DNA from: Candidatus Methylomirabilia bacterium
Lineage (GTDB): Bacteria > Methylomirabilota > Methylomirabilia > Rokubacteriales > CSP1-6
Assembly: GCA_041497895.1 (NCBI GenBank)
Contig: JBGQHJ010000037.1
Span: 1 to 34,232, forward strand
Length of the DNA: 34,232 nucleotides
Direction of reading: 5' to 3'
Positions 18,124-26,484 of the stretch are shown piece after piece. Made by a program: the position numbers and the translations under genes. Below the pieces are notes generated by a model that saw only the letters and a list, made by a program, of their open reading frames with translations, was not told the origin of the DNA and ran no database searches. Positions within the stretch are counted from its first letter, which is position 1, and every line of letters starts with the position of its first letter.

Positions 18124-18842
18124 GCGCGCCCGCCCCCGAGCTGTCGGTGCTGCTGCCCGCCTTCAACGAGGCGGAGAGTCTGCCGGTGGTCTGGTCGGAG
18201 TTGGGTCCGGTTCTCGACGCGCTCGGCCGCTCGGCCGAGGTCATCTTCGTGGACGACGGGAGCGCCGACGCGACCCCCGAGATCGTGCGCGGCATCCGCG
18301 CCGTGGACGCGCGCGTGCGCCTCGTGCGGCTGGCCGCCAACGCGGGGCTCTCCGCCGCGCTCGACGCCGGGTTCCAGCGCGCGCGCGGCCGGATCATCGT
18401 GACCCTCGACAGCGACCTGCAGAACGACCCCCGCGACATCCCGCGCATGCTCGCCTCGCTCGAGGGCTACGACGCGGTCACCGGCTGGCGCCAGCAGCGC
18501 GACGATCCCTGGCTCAAGCGCGTGTCGTCGCGGGTGGCCAACCGGATCCGCAACGCGATCACCCGCGAGCAGGTGCACGACAGCGCGTGCACGCTGCGCG
18601 TGATCCGGAGCGGCTGCCTGCCGAGCCTGCCGCGCTTCCGCGGCTTCCATCGCTTCGTGCCGACGCTGCTGCGCCTGGCCGGCTACCGCGTACTGGAGCT
18701 GCCGGTCGGTCACCGGGCGCGGCGCTACGGCGTGTCGCACTACGGGATCCGCAACCGGGCTTTCGTGGCGTTCGAGGATCTGCTCGCGGTGCGGTGGATG
18801 CAAGACCGCTGGCTCCGGTACGACGCGACCGAGGAGCCGTAG
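18120..18842 (+). CDS. GT2 polyprenol-phosphate glycosyltransferase (ArnC/DPM-synthase-like)
   Basis: GTGA overlap at 18120; LPAFNE, VDDGSAD, LDSDLQNDP, GFHRFVP; 240 aa. Confidence 0.9.
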   Translation: MSAPAPELSVLLPAFNEAESLPVVWSELGPVLDALGRSAEVIFVDDGSADATPEIVRGIRAVDARVRLVRLAANAGLSAALDAGFQRARGRIIVTLDSDLQNDPRDIPRMLASLEGYDAVTGWRQQRDDPWLKRVSSRVANRIRNAITREQVHDSACTLRVIRSGCLPSLPRFRGFHRFVPTLLRLAGYRVLELPVGHRARRYGVSHYGIRNRAFVAFEDLLAVRWMQDRWLRYDATEEP

Positions 18843-18853
18843 TCGCCACGGGC

Positions 18854-19004
18854 GGCCCGGGCGGGGGCGGGGGGCCGCGCCCGGGGACACGCTGACTCGC
18901 GACCCCCGTGGGCTCTCGTCGGAGCCACGAGATGGGGGCGCGGGGCCTCGATGACCCGCAGAAGCCACGGTCCCCGGGCGCGGCCCCCCGCCCCCGCCCG
19001 GGCC
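18854..19004. repeat. 151-bp element with perfect 35-bp terminal inverted repeats (MITE/REP-like)
   Basis: 18854-18888 ggcccgggcgggggcggggggccgcgcccggggac is the exact reverse complement of 18970-19004; 81-bp interior contains a smaller hairpin. Confidence 0.8.
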
Positions 19005-19087
19005 CATGACGTGACCTACGGACACGGCGGCGTGCCACCCAGCTCTACATCTACAGCTTCCTGCCGCTTCTACAGCTTCCGCCGGGG

Positions 19088-19984
19088 CTAGAGTTTTCGG
19101 CTGGGGGGGAGATTGGCCATTTGGGCTAGGAGGTCGAAGAGGATGGCGAAGTCGTACTTGGCGAGGCCCAGGCCCTTGGCGGCGGTGAGCAATTCGTAGG
19201 TGAGGGCGACGCTCGGCAGAGAGACGGTGGAGGCGCGCGCCATGTCGAGGGCCAGGCGCATGTCCTTCTGGATCATGTCCACGTCGAACCAGGCTTCCGC
19301 GGGCATGCCGAGCACGAAGGGTCCGCGGTACTTCACCATCGGCGAGGCCACCACGCTCTTCAGCAGGACCTCGACCGCCCGCTCGCGCGCGATGCCGGCC
19401 TTCTCGGCGAGCAGCACCGACTCCGCGAAGGAGAGCATCTGCACCGCCAGCCCCTGGTTGACCGCGATCTTCATGCTCTTGGCGAGCCCGAGCCCTCCCA
19501 CGTGGGTGACGGTGGGGCCGATGGCGGCCAGGAACGGGCGAGCGCGCTCGAGCACCGCCGGGTCGCCGCCCACCATGAACGAGAGCTGACCCGCCTCGAG
19601 CGTGGCCGGGCTGCCCGAGACCGGCGCGTCGAGCAGCGCGCCGCCGCGCGCGGCCACGTCCCCGGCGAGGCGATGGATCACCGCGGGGCTCACCGTGCTC
19701 ATCTCGATCAGGATGACGCCCGGGCGCAGGCCGGCGACGATGCCCTGGGGGCCTCGCGTCACCGCTTCGAGGGCCGCGTCGTCGGTGACCATCGTGAACA
19801 CCGCCTCCGCTCGCTCGGCCACCTCGCGGGGCGAGGCGGCCAGGGTCATGCCCGCGCCCACGAGGTCCGCGGCCTTGGCCGGAGTGCGGTTGTAGCCGAG
19901 GAGCGCGAAGCCACCGTCGAGCAGGCGCCGCGCCATGCGGCCGCCCATCGCGCCCAGGCCGACGAAGCCGAGGGTGGTGGTCAT
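19088..19984 (-). CDS. NAD(P)-dependent 3-hydroxyacid dehydrogenase (3-hydroxyisobutyrate DH/tartronate semialdehyde reductase family)
   Basis: GFVGLGAMG Rossmann motif, EMSTVSP, LDAPVSG, SMKIAVNQ catalytic Lys, KDMRLAL; 298 aa. Confidence 0.92.
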   Translation of the reverse strand: MTTTLGFVGLGAMGGRMARRLLDGGFALLGYNRTPAKAADLVGAGMTLAASPREVAERAEAVFTMVTDDAALEAVTRGPQGIVAGLRPGVILIEMSTVSPAVIHRLAGDVAARGGALLDAPVSGSPATLEAGQLSFMVGGDPAVLERARPFLAAIGPTVTHVGGLGLAKSMKIAVNQGLAVQMLSFAESVLLAEKAGIARERAVEVLLKSVVASPMVKYRGPFVLGMPAEAWFDVDMIQKDMRLALDMARASTVSLPSVALTYELLTAAKGLGLAKYDFAILFDLLAQMANLPPSRKL

Positions 19985-20496
19985 TTCCTGGTGGTCTTCC
20001 GTTTCGAGCCGGCGGTCTTCCGCTTACTTCTTGGAAGCTCTTTTTGTTTTCGCTCGGCTCGCCTTCGGCTGCGCCTCGCAAAGCAGGCAATAACGCTGAT
20101 CTCGATCTTGCAGTTGGCGTGGGTGGCCAGGCGGGAGACCTCGACCGTGGTCGTGGTGGGGCGATGGGCGCCGAGGTACGAGCCCCACACCGCGTTGAGA
20201 TCGTCCTGCTCGGCGACGTCGGTGAGGTAGCGGGTGGCCGAGACCACGTCGCCGAGCGTGCAGCCCGCGGCGGCCAGGGTGGTCTTGAGATTCTCCATCA
20301 GGAGCACCGCCTGCTCCCGCATGCGGGGCGGGAGGTCGAACTCCTCCTCGCGGTGCGGATGGCTGTGGTACACCGGGGCCGCGGTGAGCCCGGAGAGGAA
20401 GAGGAGCTGGCCGCCCTGCACCAGGAGGGCGGGCGCGTAGGGCATCTCCACGTGTCGCTTGTCGGGGTGGTGGATCGCGCGCACCGCTCGGGCCAT
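19981..20496 (-). CDS. Rid (RidA/YjgF/UK114) family protein with basic C-terminal tail
   Basis: PYAPAL, LFLSG, ENLKTTLAAAG, DVV, LNAVW, RPTTTTVEVSRL, KIEI; ~30-residue K/R-rich extension; 4-bp overlap with the dehydrogenase. Confidence 0.85.
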   Translation of the reverse strand: MARAVRAIHHPDKRHVEMPYAPALLVQGGQLLFLSGLTAAPVYHSHPHREEEFDLPPRMREQAVLLMENLKTTLAAAGCTLGDVVSATRYLTDVAEQDDLNAVWGSYLGAHRPTTTTVEVSRLATHANCKIEISVIACFARRSRRRAERKQKELPRSKRKTAGSKRKTTRK

Positions 20497-20504
20497 GACA
20501 GCGC

Positions 20505-20593
20505 ATCATTGACGCGGACCCGTCCGGCGTCAAGCGGCCGGGGCGGCTTCCCGGGCCCGGAACCTTGACACCCCGAGCCATGTTTGCTAAAAG
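20505..20593. promoter_or_regulatory. Divergent sigma70 promoters for the Rid gene (-) and ABC operon 2 (+), with a palindrome
   Basis: Minus: TTGACG (20533-20528), 17 nt, AATGAT (20510-20505), 8 nt to ATG. Plus: TTGACA 20565-20570, 17 nt, TAAAAG 20588-20593 with TGc. Palindrome TTGACGC-N11-GCGTCAA at 20509-20533. Confidence 0.6.
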
Positions 20594-20650
20594 AAAGGCC
20601 CATTCCAGCTCGGGCCCATCCGTTCGATCACGCTCCACGGGAGGATTCTC

Positions 20651-21850
20651 ATGGCGATGACGTCCCTCAAACGCCTGGGCAAAGGCCTGGCTCCGGTGGC
20701 CCTCGCGGGCGTTGTGCTCGCGTCCCTTCCGGTGCCGGCCCGCGCGCAGACGCCGATCAAGATCGGCGCCTCGATGTCCGTCACCGGCACGTACGCCAAG
20801 CCGGGCAGCTACCAGAAGGAAGGCTACGACGTCTGCATCGACGAGCTGAACGCCAAGGGGGGACTGCTCGGCCGGAAGGTCGAGCTCGTGATCTACGACG
20901 ACCAGTCGCAGCCGGCCACCGCGGTGAAGCTCTACGAGAAGCTCATCACCGAGGACAAGGTCGACGCGGTGATGGGGCCCTACTCCTCGGCGGTCAGCGA
21001 GGCGGTGGCCAACGTCACCGAGAAGTACAAGAAGGTCATGGTGGCCCCGCTCGCGGCCACCACCTCGATCTTCAAGAAGGGCCGGAAGTACATCTTCATG
21101 GTCATCACCCCGGCCGAGAACTACCTCGACGGCCTGATCGACATGGCGGCCAAGCGGGGGCTCAAGACGGTCGCGATCATCAACGAGGACACCCTGTTCC
21201 CCAAGGCCTCGGCGGCCGGCACCGCGGAGGCGGCCAAGAAGCGGGGCATGCAGGTGGTGCTGCAGGAGGCCTACCCGAAGGGCAACACCGATTTCTCGGC
21301 GCTGCTGGTGAAGATCAAGGCCGCCAATCCCGACGTCATCGCGGCCGGCACCTACTTCGATGACGCGGTCGCGATCACGAGGCAGATGAAGGAGCTCAAC
21401 GTGAACCCGAAGATGTTCGGGCTCACGGTGGGCGGCGACCTGCCCGAGTTCTACGACCTGCTGAAGCAGAACGCGGAGTACATCTACGGCTCCACCCAGT
21501 GGGACGACTCGCTGCCGTACCCGGGCCAGAAGGAGTTCCTCGCCGCCTACAAGAAGAGGTTCAAGCACGAGCCTTCCTATCACTCGGCGGCCGGCTACGC
21601 GGGTTGCCTGCTCTACGCCGACGCGGTCAAGAAGGCGGGATCGCTCGACGCCGACAAGGTGCGTGAGCAGCTCCTGAAGATGGAGACCAAGACCGCGTTC
21701 GGCGACTACAAGGTCGAGCCGGACGGCTTCCAGATCGCGCACAAGATGGTCATGCTCCAGTGGCAGGACGGCAAGCGCGTGATCGTCTGGCCCGACGACC
21801 TCGCGAACGGCAAGCCACGCTATCCGACCCCGGAGTGGGGCAAGCGATAA
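20651..21850 (+). CDS. ABC transporter substrate-binding protein (Liv/HAAT, PBP1 type)
   Basis: GGAGGA SD; signal peptide ending ARA-Q; IKIGASMSVTG, LNAKGGLLG, YDDQS, MGPYSS; 399 aa. Confidence 0.92.
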   Translation: MAMTSLKRLGKGLAPVALAGVVLASLPVPARAQTPIKIGASMSVTGTYAKPGSYQKEGYDVCIDELNAKGGLLGRKVELVIYDDQSQPATAVKLYEKLITEDKVDAVMGPYSSAVSEAVANVTEKYKKVMVAPLAATTSIFKKGRKYIFMVITPAENYLDGLIDMAAKRGLKTVAIINEDTLFPKASAAGTAEAAKKRGMQVVLQEAYPKGNTDFSALLVKIKAANPDVIAAGTYFDDAVAITRQMKELNVNPKMFGLTVGGDLPEFYDLLKQNAEYIYGSTQWDDSLPYPGQKEFLAAYKKRFKHEPSYHSAAGYAGCLLYADAVKKAGSLDADKVREQLLKMETKTAFGDYKVEPDGFQIAHKMVMLQWQDGKRVIVWPDDLANGKPRYPTPEWGKR

Positions 21851-21861
21851 GCTCGCCGCGG

Positions 21862-21883
21862 GCCCGCCGGGCTTCCGGCGGGC
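21862..21883 (+). terminator. GC-rich hairpin after the SBP gene (mRNA-stabilising/attenuating)
   Basis: gcccgccgg-gctt-ccggcgggc 9-bp stem; no U tract. Confidence 0.45.
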
Positions 21884-21902
21884 GCCGCGCTCCGGAGGGA
21901 CC

Positions 21903-22778
21903 GTGGACGTCCTGATCACGCCGGCCATGGTCGGCCAGGTGGTCATCTCCGGCCTCCTGGCCGGCTCCATCTACGCGATGGTGGCCCTGGGCCTCGGCCT
22001 GATCTTCGGGGTGATGCGGGTCCTCAACGTGGCCCACGGGCCGCTCATGATGCTGGGCGCCTACACCACCTTCTGGCTCTTCCAGCGCTTCGGCCTCAAC
22101 CCGTATCTCTCGGTCCTCCTGTCGATGCCGCTGCTCTTCCTGGTCGGGCTCGCGCTCCAGCGCTTCCTGGTGCGGCGGGTGGTGGACGCGCCCGAGCTCT
22201 CCTCGCTCCTGCTCACCTTCGGGGTGTCGATCGCGCTGGTCAACCTGGCCCAGCTCGCGTTCACCTCCGATCTGCGCTCGGTCGAGTACCTGACCGGGTC
22301 CTTCGTGGTCGGCCCCTTCGCGCTCTCGAAGCCCCGGCTCGCCGCGTGCGCCTTCGCCATCGCGATCACGGCGGCCTCGTTCGTGTTCCTGCGCGCGACG
22401 CGGCTCGGCAAGGCGATCCGCGCGGTCTCCCAGAGCCGCGAGGTCGCCCAGGTGTGCGGGATCGACGTGCAGCGCATCCACCTGCTCGCGTTCGGCTTCG
22501 GCTCGGCCCTGGCCGCCGCGGGCGGCTCCCTGGTGGCGGTGATGGTGGCGATCCAGCCCGAGATGGGCCAGGTCTACACCTTCAAGTCGTTCCTGGTCAT
22601 CGTGCTGGGCGGCGCGGGCAACTACCCCGGCGCGCTCCTGGGCGGCCTCCTGCTCGGGCTGGTCGAGCAGCTCTCGTCGCTGTTCCTCACCACCCAGGTC
22701 AACGAGGCGGTCGCCTACGTCCTGCTGGTGCTCGTGCTGCTGATCCGGCCCACCGGCCTGCTCAAGGGGCGGGTGTGA
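21903..22778 (+). CDS. livH: Branched-chain amino acid-type ABC permease (LivH-like)
   Basis: LGLGLIFGVMRVLNVAHG, LGKAIRAVSQ, IVLGGAG, RPTGL; 291 aa. Confidence 0.9.
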   Translation: MDVLITPAMVGQVVISGLLAGSIYAMVALGLGLIFGVMRVLNVAHGPLMMLGAYTTFWLFQRFGLNPYLSVLLSMPLLFLVGLALQRFLVRRVVDAPELSSLLLTFGVSIALVNLAQLAFTSDLRSVEYLTGSFVVGPFALSKPRLAACAFAIAITAASFVFLRATRLGKAIRAVSQSREVAQVCGIDVQRIHLLAFGFGSALAAAGGSLVAVMVAIQPEMGQVYTFKSFLVIVLGGAGNYPGALLGGLLLGLVEQLSSLFLTTQVNEAVAYVLLVLVLLIRPTGLLKGRV

Positions 22779-23695
22779 GGCGCTGGTTCCCGGTCGCGCT
22801 GCTCCTGCTGGCGGTGGGCCTCGCCCTCTACCCGCTCGAGGCCACCGGCTACGGCGTGCGGGTGGGGCTCCAGCTCTTCATGTGGATCGCGCTCGCCCAG
22901 TCCTGGAACCTGATCTCGGGACTGACCGGCTACGTCTCCTTCGGCCACGTGGTCTTCTTCGGCACCGGCGCCTACGCCTCGAGCCTCCTGGTCGTGAAGG
23001 CGGGTCTGCCCTGGCCGGTCGCCTGCCTGGGTGGCGGGGTGGCGGGGGCGGTGCTGGCCCTGATCATCGGCTGGCCGTGCCTGCGGCTCAAGGGGCCCTA
23101 CTTCGCGATCGCGATGCTGGGCCTCAACGAGGTGATGCGGGTGATCGTGTCCTACTACGAGGGGCTCACCGGCGGCGGCAACGGCCTCTCGCTGCCGACG
23201 CTCGACGCGAGCCGGTCCATCTACTATGCGATGGGCCTCGTGGCCGCGGCGGTGACCGCGGTGACCTACGCGATCGTCACCTCGCGCTTCGGCCTCCGGC
23301 TCATGACCATCCGCGAGGACGAGGTGGCCGCGGAGGCGATGGGCATCGACACGCTCCGCTACAAGCTCTACGCCTTCACGCTCTCCGCGATCGGGCCGGG
23401 CATCGTGGGCGGGCTCTCCGCGCGCGACCAGGGCTACATCGAGCCGATCTCGGTCTTTCCCTTGATCATGACCATCACCATGATCGTGATGGCGCTCTTC
23501 GGGGGGAAGGGCACGATCTGGGGGCCGGTGCTCGGGGCGGTGGTGCTGTTCGTGTTCCAGGAGGCGGTGTGGGCCCGCTTCGTCTACCTCCACCAGCTCC
23601 TCTTCGGGGCGATCATCGTGGCGGTGGTGCTGATGATGCCGCGCGGGATCCTGGGCGTGCTCCAGCAGAAGTACAACCTCCCCCGGACCATCTAG
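22775..23695 (+). CDS. livM: Branched-chain amino acid-type ABC permease (LivM-like)
   Basis: GTGA overlap at 22775; WNLISGLTGYVSFGH, RLKGPYFAI, IREDEVAAEAMG; 306 aa. Confidence 0.9.
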   Translation: MRRWFPVALLLLAVGLALYPLEATGYGVRVGLQLFMWIALAQSWNLISGLTGYVSFGHVVFFGTGAYASSLLVVKAGLPWPVACLGGGVAGAVLALIIGWPCLRLKGPYFAIAMLGLNEVMRVIVSYYEGLTGGGNGLSLPTLDASRSIYYAMGLVAAAVTAVTYAIVTSRFGLRLMTIREDEVAAEAMGIDTLRYKLYAFTLSAIGPGIVGGLSARDQGYIEPISVFPLIMTITMIVMALFGGKGTIWGPVLGAVVLFVFQEAVWARFVYLHQLLFGAIIVAVVLMMPRGILGVLQQKYNLPRTI

Positions 23696-24406
23696 GTGGC
23701 GGTGGCCCCCATCCTCGAGGTCCGCTCCGCGGTCAAGCGCTTCGGCGGCGTCGCCGCGGTCAACGGGGTGTCGCTCGCGCTCGAGCCCGGGCGCATCTAC
23801 GGGCTCATCGGCCCCAACGGCTCGGGCAAGACCACGCTCTTCAACTGCATCACCGGGGTCGATCACGTCGACGAGGGCCTAATCCTCCTGAAGGGCCGCC
23901 GCGTCGATCGCCTGAAGCCGCACCAGATCTTCCACCTCGGGGTGGGGCGCACCTTCCAGGTGATCCGGGTCTTTCCCGAGCTGACCGCGATGGAGAACCT
24001 GCTGGTGGTGACCACCTCCGGCTACGCGGAGGCGCGCCGGCGCGCCGAGGAGCTGCTCGCGCTGGTGAAGCTCGAGCGCCTCGCCGACGAGTTCGCGGGC
24101 AACCTCTCCTACGGGCAGCAGAAGCTCGTGGAGTTCATCCGGGTGCTCATGACCGATCCGGAGCTGATCCTGCTCGACGAGCCGGCCGCGGGCGTCAACC
24201 GGACCCTGCTCAACGAGCTGCTCGACGCGGTCCGCCGCCTGCGCGACCAGGGCAAGACCGTGCTGCTGGTCGAGCACGACATGAAGGTGGTGATGGGGCT
24301 CTGCGAGACGGTGTTCGTGCTGGATCACGGCGAGAAGCTGGCCGAGGGGGCGCCCGGCGTCATCCAGGCCGACGAGCGGGTCATTGAGGCTTATTTCGGT
24401 CGCTAG
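23696..24406 (+). CDS. livG: ABC ATP-binding protein (LivG-like)
   Basis: GPNGSGKTT, GRTFQ, LSYGQQK, LLDEPAAG, VEHDM, VIEAYFG; 236 aa. Confidence 0.92.
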   Translation: MAVAPILEVRSAVKRFGGVAAVNGVSLALEPGRIYGLIGPNGSGKTTLFNCITGVDHVDEGLILLKGRRVDRLKPHQIFHLGVGRTFQVIRVFPELTAMENLLVVTTSGYAEARRRAEELLALVKLERLADEFAGNLSYGQQKLVEFIRVLMTDPELILLDEPAAGVNRTLLNELLDAVRRLRDQGKTVLLVEHDMKVVMGLCETVFVLDHGEKLAEGAPGVIQADERVIEAYFGR

Positions 24407-25859
24407 CGGGGCCCTCCTCGCGTACCTGGTCTGGGGCTCGCGCGGCTGGCCCCTGATCCACGACGCGCCGCTGATGCACTACATCGCCTGGCTGATCGAC
24501 CAGGGGGCGGTGCCCTACCGCGACGCCTTCGATATGAACCTTCCCGGCGTCTACCTGCTCCACCTGGCCGTGCTGCGGGTCGGCGGCGCGGGCGACCTGG
24601 CCTGGCGGCTCTTCGACCTGGGCTGGCTCGCCGCCACGTGCGGCCTGCTCGTCGTGTATTGCCATCGCATCGGCCACGGCTGGGGCCCGGTGGCCGGCGC
24701 GCTCCTCTTCGCGCTCTATCATCTGAGTGGCGGCGCCTGGCACGCGGGCCAGCGCGACTTCCTGCTCTGCCTGTTCCTCCTGCTCGGGGCCTGGGGGGTC
24801 GCGCGCGGCACCGAGCAGGGCGCGGCCGGGGCGCTCTTCTGGGGCGGTCTCGCGCTCGGCATGGGCATGACGGTCAAGCCCCACGCGGCGCTCTTCTGGG
24901 TGCTCTGCGCGGTCATCGCGGCGCGGGACCGCTCCTGGGCGGTGTCCGCGTGGCGGGCGGCCGGTCTCGTGATCGCGGCCGGCCTGCTCGCCCCGGGCGC
25001 GGTCTTCGCCTGGCTGGCCTGGCGCGGCGGCCTCGGGCCGTTCGTCGACATCTTCACCGGCTACGTCATGCCGCTCTACAGTCGCGTGGGCCGGGTTGGG
25101 GCGTGGCAGGCGATCGGGTGGCATGCCTTCGGCCGCCCGCTGGCCGGGCTCTTCCTGGTCCTCATCGTGCTCGCGCTCATCGCGCCGCCGGCCCAGGAGC
25201 CCGCGCGCAAGGGCCTGGCCATGCTGGGCGTCCTGTACGGGCTCGTCCACTTCATCGTCCAGGGCAAGGGCTGGGAGTATCAGCTCTACCCGTTCATCGC
25301 GTTCTGCTGCGCGCTCGCGCCGGCCGCGGTGGTCGCGTGGCGACCGGCCGACTGGCCGCGCGCGCTCGATCTGTTCGGGGCCCGCCGTCCCCTCGCGCTG
25401 GCGGCGTGGGCGCTCCTCGTGATCGTGCTCGGGGCCAAGGGCGTGGAGGCGCTCGATGCGCCGTGGATCGCGGAGAAGGCTCGCCGCGTGGCCGCGATCA
25501 CCCGCGATCTGGAGCCGCTGGCCCCGGCGGGCGCCACCGTGCAGGTGATGGACACCACCTCCGGCGGCATCCACGCCCTGCTGCGCCTCGGGATCCGGCA
25601 GCCCACCCGCTTCATCTACGACTTCCATTTCTTCCACGACGTCGCCGACCCGCGCATCCAGGCCCTGCGCGCCGAGCTGGTGGCGGGGCTCGAGCGCGGC
25701 CGCCCGGCCGCGATCGTGGTCCTCGAGGAGAGCTGGCCCGAGCCGGGCTACGCGCGCCTGGCCGCCTTCCCCGAGCTCGCGCGGACGCTCGATCGCTCGT
25801 TCACCCTGGCCGTCACCGGCGCGGGATACCGGATCTATGCGAAGCGACGCGATTCGTAG
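24384..25859 (+). CDS. Polytopic membrane protein, probable GT-C superfamily glycosyltransferase
   Basis: TTG start overlapping livG by 23 bp; HDAP..Y...G.VPYRDAFDMNLPG first-loop motif typical of GT-C enzymes, VKP, YQLYP; many TM segments plus soluble C-terminal domain; 491 aa. Confidence 0.72.
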   Translation: MRLISVASGALLAYLVWGSRGWPLIHDAPLMHYIAWLIDQGAVPYRDAFDMNLPGVYLLHLAVLRVGGAGDLAWRLFDLGWLAATCGLLVVYCHRIGHGWGPVAGALLFALYHLSGGAWHAGQRDFLLCLFLLLGAWGVARGTEQGAAGALFWGGLALGMGMTVKPHAALFWVLCAVIAARDRSWAVSAWRAAGLVIAAGLLAPGAVFAWLAWRGGLGPFVDIFTGYVMPLYSRVGRVGAWQAIGWHAFGRPLAGLFLVLIVLALIAPPAQEPARKGLAMLGVLYGLVHFIVQGKGWEYQLYPFIAFCCALAPAAVVAWRPADWPRALDLFGARRPLALAAWALLVIVLGAKGVEALDAPWIAEKARRVAAITRDLEPLAPAGATVQVMDTTSGGIHALLRLGIRQPTRFIYDFHFFHDVADPRIQALRAELVAGLERGRPAAIVVLEESWPEPGYARLAAFPELARTLDRSFTLAVTGAGYRIYAKRRDS

Positions 25860-26484
25860 CGTCATCCGGGCCTACGACGATCCGGTGGTACGCGCCTACT
25901 GCTGGGGGCGCTTCTGGATCCTGCGCCAGCGCTTCCTCGACGAGATCGGCCAGTACCTGCCCGCCCGCGGGCGCGTGCTCGACCTCGGCTGCGGCTTCGG
26001 GCTCTTCTCGCTGTACTACGCGAGCGTGCATCCCGGGCTCACCGTGGAGGGCTTCGACCGCAACCCGCGTCGCATCGCGATGGCCCGGGCCGCCGCGGGC
26101 CGCCTCGGGCTCGCCAACGTGCGCTACGAGGTCGGCGACGTGATGGACTTCCGGGGCGGCGAGCGGTTCGACGCCGCGTACATGCTCGACATCGTCCACC
26201 ACATCCCGGAGGAGGCGGTGCGCCCGCTCCTCGACCAGGTAGCCAAGACCCTGCCGGACGGCGGGCGGCTGCTCGTCAAGGACGTGGATCGACAGCCGGC
26301 CTACAAGCGCTGGTTCACGCACGCGCTCGACCGCGTCATGGACCCGGCGACGCCGGTCCGCTACTGGGGCACCGAGGAGCTGCAGGCTCTGCTCGAAGAC
26401 GTGGGCTTCGACGTGCACCGCCACCTGATGGTCGACGTGCTGCCGTATCCCCACGTCCTCTACATCGCCCGGCGCCGCTCGTGA
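25837..26484 (+). CDS. Class I SAM-dependent methyltransferase
   Basis: VLDLGCGFG motif I, GFD, GDV, FDAAYMLDIVHHI, LPDGGRLLVKD; 215 aa. Confidence 0.9.
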   Translation: MRSDAIRSVIRAYDDPVVRAYCWGRFWILRQRFLDEIGQYLPARGRVLDLGCGFGLFSLYYASVHPGLTVEGFDRNPRRIAMARAAAGRLGLANVRYEVGDVMDFRGGERFDAAYMLDIVHHIPEEAVRPLLDQVAKTLPDGGRLLVKDVDRQPAYKRWFTHALDRVMDPATPVRYWGTEELQALLEDVGFDVHRHLMVDVLPYPHVLYIARRRS

